DNA of 63,430 nt, the filler included, from Sphacelaria rigidula (lineage: Eukaryota), in assembly GCA_964200075.2 (NCBI GenBank). It is 4 parts of 4 records of this genome, joined end to end, with 100 filler letters (N's around TTAATTAATTAA, not from the genome) between each part and the next. Parts side by side here need not be neighbours in the genome. Positions count along the whole stretch, not along the records: positions 1 to 15,783 come from CAXNAA020001593.1; positions 15,884 to 31,666 come from CAXNAA020001594.1; 2 more parts are not named here. One strand, written 5' to 3'. Of the stretch, positions 10,326 through 23,758 are shown one piece after another. Position 1 is the stretch's first letter. The number at the start of each line of letters is the position of its first letter. A program made the position numbers and the translations under genes. The notes beneath the pieces are model-generated. The model had not been told where the DNA came from. It saw only the letters and a program-made list of their open reading frames with translations, and made no database searches.

Positions 10326-13300
10326 TGGGGGGGCGGGGTGAGGTGGGGGGAGGGCTACTCCGAGTATCTCGTATCACACCGGAGGTGTTTGTTAACATGC
10401 ACTGCCGGCTAAAGGGCGCCCCATCTCTCCAGGACGCGCAGCCGCACGGTGCAGATGCTGATTCAGCGCTGCGCAACGACTTGGGACAGCTTTGCCTCGG
10501 AGCCCTTCCTTCCCGTCATACCGGTGATGGCTTCCACGGTAATCTGCTCGTAAGAGTGGTCACGAGCAAACGAGTTTCAAGAAAAAAAAGCTGACACGTC
10601 AGCGACGAGGAAGCTCCCCTGACGATGTTTTACGTATACATCGCAAAGTGAAATCGTGGTTTGATCCGCGGGTGTCACTGCTACTGGCATTTGCACTCCA
10701 AGTGATGACAAACCGGTCACTGCGTCAGCGCATGCCAAGGAGCACACACGAGCGGGAGAACGCAAAAATGTGTTTTTACCGAACTATACACGTTATCTGC
10801 TTTGACTTAGCGCGGAGATTCTAGGAACGAGCCCGGACTTGAATAAGTAAACCCGCCGACAAACGACTACCAACATCTTGAAGAACACACCCATTTTTCG
10901 CCCCACGCAGCCGGCAACCTCGGTTCTGCGATTTTTTGTCTAGCAAAGTCTGAGAGCATACGTTGGAGAGAAAAATGATTGAAGTACTAGGCGGGGGTGC
11001 CAGTACGTGCACCGTCCGATGGTTTCGATGCGAGTACACTATACACGTAAATAAGCATTACTTCCCAGCGGCTAACTCACACTTACTTCAACACGCCGGG
11101 CCATTCGGGGGCGGGGGGCGTCCAGGTGGCGGGGGGAGGGGGGAGGGGAGCTAACATGAAACAGGTAACGGTGTGATTATATACAAAACGAGATGGCCCT
11201 GCCTATGCGACACACAGGCTGCTGCACAAAATTTACCAGATCTAACGTTGTCAACGACGAACGTCTTGGAGGCCTCGACCATGTTTTGGATCAACTCGAA
11301 AAAATCACGACCCAGTAGATTTTTGGAGCAATCCCGCGTCAGCGACATACCCGTTCCGCCGATGGTGGCGCGAATTAGACGGTGAGCGATGCCACACTTC
11401 CAAGACCGCGTCCAGGGCCATCCCACCCCGGACGTCGGGCGCGGTATATCGGTCACCTCGCCTGCGATGTCCTCGTCTCGCGCCATGCTTGGCCAGTACT
11501 TGCAGAATCCGCGTAAACACCAGCTCGCTTGGGGTGCTTGTGTATACATTGATCAGACCGAAACAATGTTAGCACGAGGAGATTTGTCTCCACGTCTATC
11601 TCGTCGTTGACGAAATATACGCAGATACCTGCGGGTATTCGAGGCAAGTCACGCGTGCGAAACCGCGATGTAGGTCGATCGTGGGACCGGTATTGGCCTC
11701 TCATGTCGACGACTGGGCTCCGAGCTAAATGGCTTGAATATACCATTGCGGTACGGGGCAGGTCCTATTCGATAACGTATTTCTTCATGATGTGAAATCA
11801 TTCGAGGCCTCGACACTCAGGATGCGACTCCCAGTGCCACACGTGCGTCCTGTGAGTTTTCGTACCCCTTCCTCCCCTTCTCCTCCAACAAAAAGCCGGG
11901 GCAACATCGGAGATATATGATATACTCCGGGGGCAACTCGAAACAACAATCATAGCATACTAATCCCAAAGTCAAGGGGCGTAGTAGACAAAGCGGTAAT
12001 CTAGCTACAATAGGCTGATGACTGATGAGGCGTCGGTGCTGAAAACAAGACTGATTTCAAAACGCTTCTCGGACGAGTAGGGGTTACGTGCATATCTCGG
12101 CAACATCCAGCGCCGTGACGAGTCAAGCACCTAGCTAAACTCACCGATGTACGTGAGCACAAAGACTCTGCTCCACGAAGTCGGTGCTGACGCAAAAGAT
12201 CGGCATGTCGACGTTGCAAAGAGTTTGCTGTATCGACGCTTTGGGCTTTCGGATGGTAACACTGCACACCTCGACGAGCGTTCTCTGCGTTGTGTCCGCC
12301 AACACGTTACAAAATCACGCCGACAACTGTGCTGCTGCAATTCACAAAAGCGGATACAAAAAACGATAGCATCAATCGTCTTTTGCTTCAAGTACAAGGC
12401 AATCGTATGATTACATTTGTCCGTAGCAGTAGAGTAGTGGCCATGGACCCAAGTCATGCGGGCAGCACTAGACAGGATGTTCTGTTGCAAAGTCATGTCA
12501 AAGCCCATCCAACTACAGGCTGTTGTGCGAATTGTCTGTTGTAGGTTGCGCTGGACATTGATAGCCCGGGGTTGGTATCCACGGTCAGTAGCAAGCTGTC
12601 CAGGCTGGTTTCTATTGACAGTAGCAATGGCTATCGACAGTCGACTTCGCCTGTCGCTTGTTGACGGCAATGGCTATCGACAATCTACGTTGTCGGTCTG
12701 TTGTAGGTAGGTCGGGACGGGCATGGATAGGCAAGGGCTTGTATCCACTGCCGGAGGCAATGGCTGTCGACAGTCGGGTTCGTTGGACCATTGCTGGATC
12801 AAATGTCCATCATGATCAGTTTTCGGGAATGTGTTGTTTCGGACGAAGGCTATTCGTGGCCAACCACTGCATTCCTGCCACAATGATGTGTTGTGACTAT
12901 TCCCCTCCATCTGTTATTGCCAGCAATTTCTATCTGAAAGACAGCGTACGAAATCGATCGTGTCCAGCAATAGCCGCTGCCCACCATTATGTAGGGGCTA
13001 ATTACAAGATGATGTTGTATTACATGTGTTTCTTTGTCTAGGGTATATAAGCAAACTACACTCGCACACAGAGCACCCTCTACTGTAGGCTTGCGACAGA
13101 CAACAAGCGAAATGTGGTGGCATTTTACACTTTCAATAACAACATTGCCCAAATTTTTACATCGTAAACTGACGTGTCACGCTCACCGCCTTGTTGTTTA
13201 GGGCGCTCACGTTAAAAGCCCTCGCGGATGAGCGAGAAAGAAATGGCGAACAGCCTAGTGCTCACCGAGAGGGTTGAAGCGAGAAGCCGCGTCAACGGGA

Positions 13301-15693
13301 AATGCTTTGATGTATTCCAGCGCCAAGCACCCTTGAGTGTTCGTCCGGAACAGGTCGCGCTATTCCGTATAGGTTTGAGGCCATCCTCAGCTTCGATCAC
13401 CCTGCACGTCACAGTTCACACAGGACGAAGATAAAGGCGTCACCTTTGTGGTGTCGAGAAAGACACGACATTTTGTTTATTCCCTGAAGGAAGGAGGAAC
13501 CCTCACCAAACATTTTCCAGCGAGCGGTTTCGTGCGCCGGTGACCCGGAGGCTCGGTTAGACCTCTTCGCAGCAGTCATGTGGGGTTGGCGCCTCGAGCG
13601 TTCGGAAAGCTTTGCTCAAGGCAGTGCGGGAGTTGGACCCAGGAAGACCCCCTGTCGCACTTGCCGCAGTGCAAGCGGCGTCCTACTCCTTTTCAGCTTC
13701 GGCTCTAGTGTTTTTTTGTCACGGTGCCGATTGAAGAGCAAACAAAGCGGGCAATCTGGCAACGGGGTAGCGCAAGCACACGACAGCACAGCCAGCAACC
13801 AGAAAAGAGAGTAGCGACAAAATGTTAACGAAGACGAAGATATACACGAGTGTGCCAATCGGTACACTACAGATGGTCATGATCCAAAGAGGATTTCAGT
13901 ACAGCCTGGTGTCAGTTTTCTACCACAGCGGCCGCCCAGCCGCGCTAATTTGTTTTTGTTTGTGCATCTGCGCGTGCACATATGCTATCGCCTGTAGTGC
14001 GCGAAGTCTGGGCAGCTGCATGGCTGATTTGAGAGCGCATGGGCGGCATTCCCCACAATGGGCTGGGGCCATGTTGTACGGTGTTCCCAGGCCCAATCGC
14101 GTGGATGCTTCGGGCATATGCTGCCTGTGTTGTGATCAACGTGTGTGCAAAGTTCCATGATGGAACAAGCAGTCACAGGCGAGAAATCCACAACTCAAGT
14201 TGCACTGAAGAATGGTGGTTTGCCTGAGGAAAGTACTCAAATAGACATGAGAGTACCCACTACGGATCGATGCTCGTTTGCCGGGGCAGGAACCACTCAG
14301 CAGGTCATGATGTGGAAGTGAGCGCATCTGCGTGTCCATACATGCATTCACTGACGTCTCACACCGTCTGGGCCGAGAGGACTCCGTTTTGAGGGCGTAT
14401 CGATGGCATTGCCCAGAATCCGTGTTCACTTCGTGCGTCTGGCGCACCACGTAAAACGTGCCGCCGATCCGGGAATATGCTGTCTGTGTGGTGGTGTACC
14501 TCTGTGCCAGTTTTCAGGCTGGTTCGTTCACACACGGCGGAGAAATCCACAAGCAGAGTAAGGCTTGACTTGTACTGAAAATAAAGTACTAAGCCGCCGA
14601 AAGGTACATGAGGTGCGTAGTCGTATGACTCTCGTTGTCATCCCTGTCACAAGGACAAACCTGTCAACCCTGTCACGAGAATGTCCCTGCGCCTATATAT
14701 CACAGGTGAATTCTACGAGTTGCATGGTCACAGGGATTTCGGCACCCCCCTTTGTTGGTTTTACACAGTAGACCCACAGTGGGGACGTTTACCCACGCGT
14801 GTATGCCTTGTTCAACTCGTCAAAGGCTCACCGCACGGTCGGGTGTTTGCTGCTGACTATGGCCAGGGCAATGTTCAATTGTTTTCAACTGCATTGCTCT
14901 CATGTTCTAGAGACATGCGGCATAAGCGGTGTACTCGTGCCCCCAAATGAACGAGAACCCGACGAAGAGAAACACGGGGGGGAAGATACCCCGCCAGCAA
15001 TCATCCTGCTGCTTGAAGTTTTTCATGAACTTGGGAAGGCTTTTGTGGTTCGGGATCGACACCCCGCAAAAAAGAGCCAGTGCGGGCGGCTTTCGATGGC
15101 CAGAACACGCGCCACATGTATCGAATGACACCCAAACCTGAACGGTAATGTACCGCTGCGCCGTCCTCGTGCGCTGCAAAAGGAAGCGCGTGATAAGATA
15201 CCTTGTCGCCTGCGGAAACTCGGCAAAAGTGGTGAAGAAAGTGAAGTGATACAAGTACATATTATATATAGTATATAGAGAGAATATTTCGAACGCACGA
15301 GCGTGAAAAATAGTTTGTAACAAGGCGTCCACGAGATGTAATGCTGATGTTAGTGTGCAAGTCCCTCCGCACCCGCCCAGGGAGATGACTGTTCGGGCCA
15401 CTGCCAATGCCAGGGGTCCGGTTCGTGGATTCGTGCTACAGTTTGGGTAGGTGTTGGCGGTGTACGTGTTCTGTCTTTTCGGAACCGTTCAAGCATTGAT
15501 GAGCAGTGGTAATCGCGCCGGTGGAAAATTTCGGTTCTACCGGGAGCAGTTGACGCCCCAACGGAACACTGTCTCCCCGATGACGGAAAATATAATTGAA
15601 CAGTAGCCTATACCGGCAACCGCGATTGCGCAAAGAATCTAATGACATGAACAGTTGGCTCTGCAGCGGAAAACCCCCTTCCTCCTCCCCTCC

Positions 15694-15730
<37 letters not shown>

Positions 15731-15783
15731 CCCGCCACCCACCCGCCGAGAGCTCAGACGATCAAGAAACAGAAAAAAAACAA

Positions 15784-15883
15784 NNNNNNNNNNNNNNNNN
15801 NNNNNNNNNNNNNNNNNNNNNNNNNNNTTAATTAATTAANNNNNNNNNNNNNNNNNNNNNNNNNNNNNNNNNNNNNNNNNNNN
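15784..15883. other. Artificial contig spacer N44-TTAATTAATTAA-N44
   Basis: Exactly 100 nt; identical to the other two spacers. Confidence 0.97.
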
Positions 15884-16399
15884 CACCCCTGTGAGCTTAC
15901 AGCGCTGACCGAAACTGCTGTTTTCCCTGATATCCCCCCCCCCCCCCTAAAAAAAAAGTAGAAATGGCGGTTTCGGACAGCGCTGTATGCTCACAGAGTC
16001 GATAAAATGCGCTAAAGAAGTATCTACGCGATCGAGGGGCACTAGGCCGACAAGAAAGTCATTGGGCACCATCGCTGAAAGCGTGGAGAAAGTACTGTTT
16101 TGAGCTCGAACCTCATTCCATCGTTGAACCTCATTTGATAGAATCCTCTGTTGATTGATCATAGCGTGCTTGTTAATTGGTATGCATGGTAAAAAGGACG
16201 CAGCAGGAGGGTGGGTGGGAGTATGGACTGCACTGACAAGATAGCTGATAGCGGTGCGACCTCTTCACATAATTAGATCAGCTGACTTGCTCCGTGATGT
16301 TCAACCAACCGAGGATAAGGCTTAGATTGTTGATGACACGTTCCCTGATGTTGAGGATTACGAGTCGCTGACTGTTGTTTTCCCGAAGAAGGCTGGAGG

Positions 16400-19300
16400 A
16401 ATAACAGTAAGGCTTGATATAAGGTGGAAGACGAAGCCGATTTGCCGTCCAATTTTTGTTCCTTAGTGGCTGCGCACACAGGAGGGCTCCGTTTCACCAT
16501 TGATCCCTTGGGTATGAGTGTCACCTTACTGGATGGACGTATGGCGTTTCGGAGCCATGGGTTTGGATACTCTGCCCTGATGACGACTATATCCGCTTTC
16601 CCCAGTTGGACCTCGAGCCTGTCGAGAATCTAGTGCAACCTGACCATCCTGTTCACTTGACGTTCCCTTTGATAGCCTCCGGTAGTGCTAAGTCGCGTGA
16701 GACTGTCGTAGACACCAACGTTGTCCACTGCGTGGACGGTTACGGTAACGAATTCCTGGTGAGAGACCGTTAAATCCTCATGCACAGAGGTATCGGGTGA
16801 GTTGAGACCGTGCATTAGATGTTTCATGGCGAAATAATATCGTAAACCGATTGCCAACATCACGAAATCACGTGCCTCAGACAAGCTAGGACAGCCTTTT
16901 GTTGTTCACAGTTGTCCCAAGACAACTCCTTCGTTACTTGAGGGGAAATACGTGATAGTAGCGAAGGATGACCTTACCTGGTACTCCTGGTTATATATTT
17001 TCGAGCGAAATTTCGATGCCGCTGACGCCTTCAGGAAGTTCTTGGCTGACGTACGTGCGCATGGTGTACCGTCGGAGGTAATGATAATTAGATCTGACGA
17101 CGGAGGAGAATTTTGGTGAGGATGTCGGGGAGATGTACAGGCACTACTGTATAAAGCAGGGATTCACTGGCGCGAAATGTCCAGAATTGAACGGCGAGGC
17201 CGAGAGAGCCCTAGGTATAATTCCAAACGCCGCATTTGGCGCTCGTATCCACGCCCCTGTCCTCGTTTGACATGTCGATTTGCCACTTTCTGTGGCCCTC
17301 CAGGCTGAGATAGTACACTGGATGTGTGACGCCCTGAACCACACCGCGACGATGTCTAACCCAGGTAACAAATCGCCATAAGAGATGTGGCATGGTAAGA
17401 CAACGTCTTCATCACCGCACCCATCTCTTTGTTCAGGTTATTGCCGCTGGAACCATCCCTTCAAAGTCGTTCCCCAGGTGCGAGAGTAGCTCCTACGTCG
17501 GGTCAGGCATCGACCACCCCCGCGATCCATTACTGATGCTGACGTGGCGTGAACAAGGCAGTAGAAACAAGGGGCGTCATCTGGGAGGCACCACCGGTTG
17601 GGGTGGTGCACCGGAGCATGTGCAGCAGCCGGCATCGCCGGAGCTGGTAGGGGTGTCGGAGCTAGAAGAGACGTCACAGCCGGAAGGGGCATCAGAGCTG
17701 GGGGAGGCTCCGAAGCCGGGAGGGCGAAATGATTCTGATTCTCGCCTACTGACTCCATTGCCGCCGCTGAGGAGGGGAATCCCTCAACGGTGTCGAGTGA
17801 CATCTCCGGCAAAGAGCTCAGGCCACGGTGGTGAAGGTGAGCAGGATTCTGTAGGCGATGAAAATCAGCCCCCCCCCCCCCCCCGGCCCCCACCCCCCCC
17901 CCCCCCCCCCCCCCCCCCCACTCCCCCCCCTACGCCCCCGCCGCGTNNNNNNNNNNGGTCTTCCGCCATAAGTCGAGGGTCCCCGGGTGGCGGGGGAGGC
18001 TGTATCCATTTTGTAGGGAAAATCACCCCCCCCCCCCCCCCCCCCCCGACACCACAACTGCTTCATCGGGCGTGTTATTGTCATCGGTGAGCAGCGAGCG
18101 GTCTGCCGACGGCGACCTCTTGGTCTAGGGGGACAATTTCTCTCTATTGGACGAAAAAGGTCCGGTTCCGACGGTGTCGCCGACTGCGGCACGGCAACTT
18201 CAGTTGCATCTGATTGGATCTAGAAATACCGAGGAGCTTGGATGAACCAGAGCGCGAACGCGAGCGATCAGTCGAGAAGTAGCTGGCATCGTGCCTATGT
18301 TTGCACCCGGTGAAGGCATGAGCTGCTGGTGGTACAGGAGGTTACCCGTAGGTCGGGCGAGTTACCTCAACGTCTAGTCCGGAAAGCCGGGCCGGAGTCA
18401 GTGTCGTATCCTGCGGCATGCCCGTCATAGCACTCTCGGACGAATGAATATAGACAACGAAAATGAAATTTGATGGGCTCACGGCTGCCGGAACATGTGA
18501 GGAGGTAACTGGTATTCCTTGTGGGTGTAATGCCGTAGAAGTTAAGTGGCTCTACAAGTGGAACAGTGGTTCGGATGGTAAGCCCGTATGGTAGCTACAG
18601 CGTACAGTAACGTAGAATGGGTAGATTACTCTGAGACGTTTGCCCGTACGGTCCCTGCTACTTCAAGCAGGTTGGTGGCGGCCATGGTATGTGAGCTGGA
18701 CGGAGATCTAAGGCACTTGGGTGTCGACCAGGCTTTCATTCAGTCGAAGTTAAACACCGGTATGTACTTGCACCTGCCCACCGGTTGTGGATCGATATCT
18801 GGTAACGCGTTGCGTCCCAAAAAGGCGGTAGTCAGTGCCCTCAATCAGAGATTGCCCACCAAGAAGCTCGGGGGAATATAGTGGTGCATGGACAGTGAGT
18901 ACAAAAATTACCGGGACAAAGGTACTTTAATGATTTCACAGACCCATTTCATTCGGAATGTGCAAACTCGCTGTGACGTTTCGAACACCAGCCCCAGCCC
19001 CCGCGCTACCCCTTGCTTGGACCTCAGGTACGCAAGCGAGGAGGAGCCCGTGGTGGATGTGCCTTTCCGTGAGATCGTGTAGAGTCTGATGTGGATTGCA
19101 AATCAAACGAGGCTTGATATCCCTAATGTAGTTCAGGTAATCGCACGGTTTTCGCATGACCCCAAGCCGATTCACTACAAGGCGGTACAAAAGATACTCG
19201 AGCGCCTGAATGCTTCGTCGCATTAAGGTTCACCCTACAAGAGGGGTAGCGACTTGGAATCTGTTGCAGTTTGGCTTGGATACATGCGTAGACGCAGGCC

Positions 19301-19771
19301 ACGCCCACGAGGCAGAGGGTTGACGCTCCGTTTCTGGTGTAGCGATTTGCTGCGAACGTGTCTTGGTTCTCTAGGATACAAAAGTGCGTCACCCCACCTT
19401 CAACTGATCCAGAGTATATAGCAACGGCAGGCGAAGTCAAGGATGCCCTATATGTGGTGGAGACACTGTCGTTTGTAATGCCCAGTTTGGGACCGATAAG
19501 CACTGGCGTTTTCGAGGACAGCAAAAGGGCAACAGACTTCGCTGAAAAACCATTGAGCGCGTCCAACAGCACGCGCATTGACGCACGGTACCATTCCCTC
19601 CGGCAGTTGGATGCGAACGTTGACATCTCTGTTAAGTATCTTCAATCAGGAAATCAGCATGCGGGTATCCTCACGAAAGCCATTCGTAAAAAGAGTTTCG
19701 AAAGACGCCGCGATTTTCCCTTGGGCAGGGTTTCCCTCCGTTTTTTTGTAGACGCAATTATTTTGCGGTAG
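16400..19771 (+). mobile_element. Decayed Ty1/copia pol (integrase-RT-RNase H)
   Basis: Integrase KYVIVAKDD...AFRKFLADV...IRSDDGGEF (~16947-17113) and PELNGEAER. RT VKWLYKW, VDYSETFA, LRHLGVDQAFIQSKL (~18540-18760). RNase H SWFSRIQKCV...EYIA...FEDSK...RIDARYH...NQHAGILTKA (19358-19685). Domain order is diagnostic of copia. Multiple stops and frameshifts; LTRs not identified. Confidence 0.9.
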
Positions 19772-21486
19772 GCGACGGTAGGAGGGTGTCCAATCTGTTG
19801 TAGTTCCTTCGATAACGATCAGGTCAATACTTAGGCGTGCCAGTCGATACACGAGCAATGCTACGGTAGGCGTGCACTTTTTTCGCGAAATAACGTCTGG
19901 TTCAGGGGCTCCTAACGATTCTGCATGCACAAAAATATGGGTCAGGGCATCCCCGTTCGCAAATTTATTCGGGATATCCCCAGCACCTTGGCGTAGTAAT
20001 CCTGGAGTAACTTCACAAATTTTTATAGGTAGTATTTTGCATGAGATAAAGGACTCCTAACGATTCTAACCTCAGGAAATATTTGTGCACCCCTATCGTA
20101 GCATCACTCACACCCATGGAAGGTGTTCAGTGTAGCTCATCTACGAACATAACCCAGCATTGTGAGCGGAAAATGGCGGATATACAGTGGTTCAGAAACA
20201 TCATTCGTAAGGATCCTTGTGTCTGGAGAACGGGAGATTGTTCCTGTTTCTAGAACTGAGAATTATTGACTTGTGGATCGCGAATGGATGACGGATTATG
20301 GCTCGTGCGCCGACTGGAGATATTGGTTCGTGGGCAGTCGTGATAGTATGGTGCTCCACCCCCACACCTCTTGCCCGTTTCGCAGACATTTCTCCATCCA
20401 ATTTCCTTCGTGTGGACAGTAATAATAGTAAAGCCTTGAGGATGGTCATCTGGTCAACACGATCAATTCGATAGACATCCCAAATAGAGATGCCAGATTG
20501 GAATCCGCATTCTAGACAAAAAGTCCAGATATGTCTCACACGGAGGTCCACCCCCCTGGTGGATGTTCCAAATGAACCTCAGATCCCAGCTAAATACCCC
20601 ACATGGACATCCATATCCCAGTTGTAAGCTCACATCTGAGAGATCTCCTCGTCCCGGAGAGATGTCAGATTCTAGATGGACGACTCAAACCGATATGCAT
20701 ATTTTGATGGACCGATTGTATATAACCCAGATAAACCTTGCACGATTATGCGCGGCTGCCCTATAAGCCGTGGGAACCTTTGATATGACCATGTTAGAAC
20801 TGGGCAACGAAAGCGAGATCTCACACAATTATCTTTCAACGATTTGGGTACATGAGCTCGTGTCCTTCCGACGTGTAACACTGGCCATGCGAAAGTGAAT
20901 GTTACAGACAAAATGACCCTCAAATACTCCCAAGAAATTTGATCAAGATATAACAAGGTTTTCGTGAGATTGAGAGTTGGGTGCGGATTGAGAGTGGGTT
21001 TGATCATTCGCTTTTACTTCGCCAAGTTTTCATTCCGTGTGTGTGTTTTTTTCGTCTCATCACTGTCATGTGGTTACCGCTACACGTTGATATCCTACTC
21101 AAGGGTGTCGAGGGCCTCAGTGGCAAGCTACTACAGAGAGAATATTGGGCCTGGTGGAGGTACATTCCGAAACTGAAACGGCCTGTTCACTAATGGACCG
21201 CTTTTTACTCTCAATCATATCTTCAACTCTTAATTTCACGAAACCGTTGTTATATGTAGTCGAGGACGGTGCAGGGAATCTCATCATACGCCACGAAGTG
21301 AGTCTATTCGACAGTTTGTTAAGACCCTTGGTCAAAGATTTGTATCACACGCCACCTGCCGAGGTTTTTACGTGTACTCGGTGTGCCGAACATCACATGC
21401 AACAATGAACGTGGCGCCGGTCCGGCAAAAACATGTCTTCATACTTCTTTACACCCGTTTCGTTTCAGTGCTTTCCGCATGCTCAC

Positions 21487-23721
21487 CTTTAGCTCGTCAA
21501 ACAACGCTGCAAATGTCTCAGTCTCTTCTCCGCGCCATAGTAACCTTGACGGCACGCTGCTGGAAATATCTCCGACGTGGAAGAGGGCTTGGCGCACCAG
21601 TGTTCGAACAGCGGGTTGATCGAGGGGTATCGTGCGATCTCGCAGCGCCAACGTAAGCTTGCGCCACTGTTGTAAAGGGTATGCTCGCAGTGCCCCGAAC
21701 ACTAAATACTCTCGTTTTCCCAGCCAGTCCGGTGCTGCACCCTGGTCCGCGATAGCCAGATTCCCCCGGTCGCGGCTGGTCTGGTGGAAACCATGCTGAG
21801 GCATGTACTTTTGAAGAGATCCGCGATCCTCCATCGGGAGCTGTTCGGTGAACTCCTCGACTATCCAGCTCGCCTGCACCCGCGACGAGAATGGGTTGAA
21901 ATATTTGCCCCGGTTGTCGGTCGCAACCCCACCACCCTTCCATCGCATGCAGCCCGGTGCCAGCACATCCGGATACCAAACACCATGAGCGGGAGTCCCG
22001 CACGCGTCCACCCGTGTCTCCGGCCTTGCTTCGTCACCAACATATCTTAGCTCCACATCTCCACTTTCCCCCCGCGGAACGAGTGTCTGCTCATTGTAGC
22101 ACGATTGTTGGTGTCTATTGTAGTATGATGCCCAACATCCCTGCGTTTCCGGCTCATCGACGGCCTTCCTCAAGGTGCCATCCCACTTCCGTGGAAGGAG
22201 TGCCTGCTGCGCCTGAAAACTCAGCTTCGACAAGATACGAAATGTTTCCGGCATGTGAAGGAAGAACAGCACTTGAAGCGCCATCGACTCGTCTTCGGGA
22301 ATGGGCTGTACTACAGGGGCTGCATGTTCCGCCCCTTCAAATTCCGCCCGCTTGCTTGAGATGATTGTCTTCGTCGACGAACATGCATCATCGGCATTCC
22401 TGACCTCGGAGCACAGGGTACAGTCACAAAAGAACCCGTAGCGCCAGGGGCGGTTAACATTCCGCCGACATTCGCCGTCCCCACTTCCTGGCGCATCGTC
22501 CCTCGCGGCCTTCGTAAGGCGTAAGTGTTCCTCCTGGTATGCTAGTGTTTCGTTCAACTGCTCTATTTCGCTCCTTAGTCTCAAACGTTCTGCACGCTTG
22601 TGCTGTACTTCACTCCAATGGCGATTTTTGCGGTTTTTCGCGGCCTTCATCTCATCTCGGTAAATGCTTTGAAGAGTGGTGTTCCTCCTCGCCACCTTTT
22701 TCGCGAAACTGAAGGTAGCCCTCCCGCTGTCGGCAAGGGTGAAGATAGCCTTGCCCTCACGGGTGTTTTGGCGTAGAAAATCAGCCACGTTTAGCGCGGC
22801 ATCCACAGCCAGCTTGTCAGACAGCACGAGGTGGCGGAGGTCGTTAGGCTGTAGACTAACCCCGTACTTAGCCATCGGCCCATGAACTCGAGCACTTGCG
22901 TACACAATGGCATAGGCAATCCAGCGAACCAGAACTTCCCGACTTCGAAGTTCGACGGCCATGCAGGTGACACTATCAATCTCTGTACCCCGAAGCGTGT
23001 CAAGCACGCATTTGTATCGGTCCACAAGGTCGACTATCATGGCCAAGTCGCATTGCTCCCAACTGGCAGCAGTGCGTTCGAGGCGCCCCGACGCTGCAGT
23101 CATGAAGAAAAGCCGTTCTATCTCACTTAGCATGAGCTCGAGATGCAGATGACCGTGACTCGCCGAATAATCATGAGAAATCCAAGTTATCACGGTTTCA
23201 ACGTCGTCAGGAGTAAGCAACCTGGCCTCCCGTAGGGGGCTCGGGAAACTCGATAAAGCCGTCGTAGAGCGCCCCACAGTACCCGAAACTCCTCTTTTGC
23301 TTCTCATCGGGAGAGACACGGGTGTTGGAAAGGTCACGCGCGGAACCCTGATCTTGCCAATGCTGCACGCCGCGGAACATGATGCCGCACTTGGTAGCAT
23401 GTTCGAGGCTGAAGCTGCCAGTGATCGTTTTGCGACGGAATCATCGAGAGATTGGCGCACTTTCTTGACGCGCTCCACGAACCTCTCCATGTTGTAACCG
23501 CAATCAGTGAGCTCCCCACCGAGCTTGGCAGCAGTCTGAAGCATCTGCACCGCCTCATTGATCCTGTCCGGTGTGTCAGCGGTTTGACCGAGAAGGCGTC
23601 GCTCGAGCAAGCAAAGATGGAAATCGGAAAACACCACCTGAACCAGAACTCGTAGCTCATCAGTGCTCAAAGCTCCTAGGCCGTGTCCGCTATCACCGTC
23701 AACGCGGTATTCTAGGATCGT
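21487..23721 (-). CDS. 745-codon internal exon of a giant DUF3638/DUF3645-type protein
   Basis: Open frame bounded by acceptor ...gagacag| and donor AAG|gtgagc, phase 0-0. Motifs ELRSREVLVRWIAY, DLRHLVLSDK, VVQPIP, YFNPF and RGNLAIADQ..PDWL..EYLVFGALRAYPLQQWRKL..ALRDRTIPL..PAVRTLVRQALFHVG resemble the N-terminal half of these proteins (from memory). Coding status is firmer than the family assignment. Confidence 0.7.
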
Positions 23722-23758
23722 CTGTCTCGGACAGTATGCAGCAGCAAAGAGGATATTG

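Noticed and set aside
13540..13705. In-frame TAG/TAA suggesting a variant genetic code
   Set aside because: All confident genes read in the standard code and the DUF1336 gene ends in TAG; decay or non-coding sequence is simpler.
15680..15735. Poly-C/G tracts (also ~377, ~17870, ~47540) giving poly-Pro/Gly ORFs
   Set aside because: Adjacent to gaps and contig ends; lengths unreliable and probably sequencing-affected.
15828..15839. Regularly spaced TTAATTAATTAA motif
   Set aside because: Assembly linker embedded in N runs.
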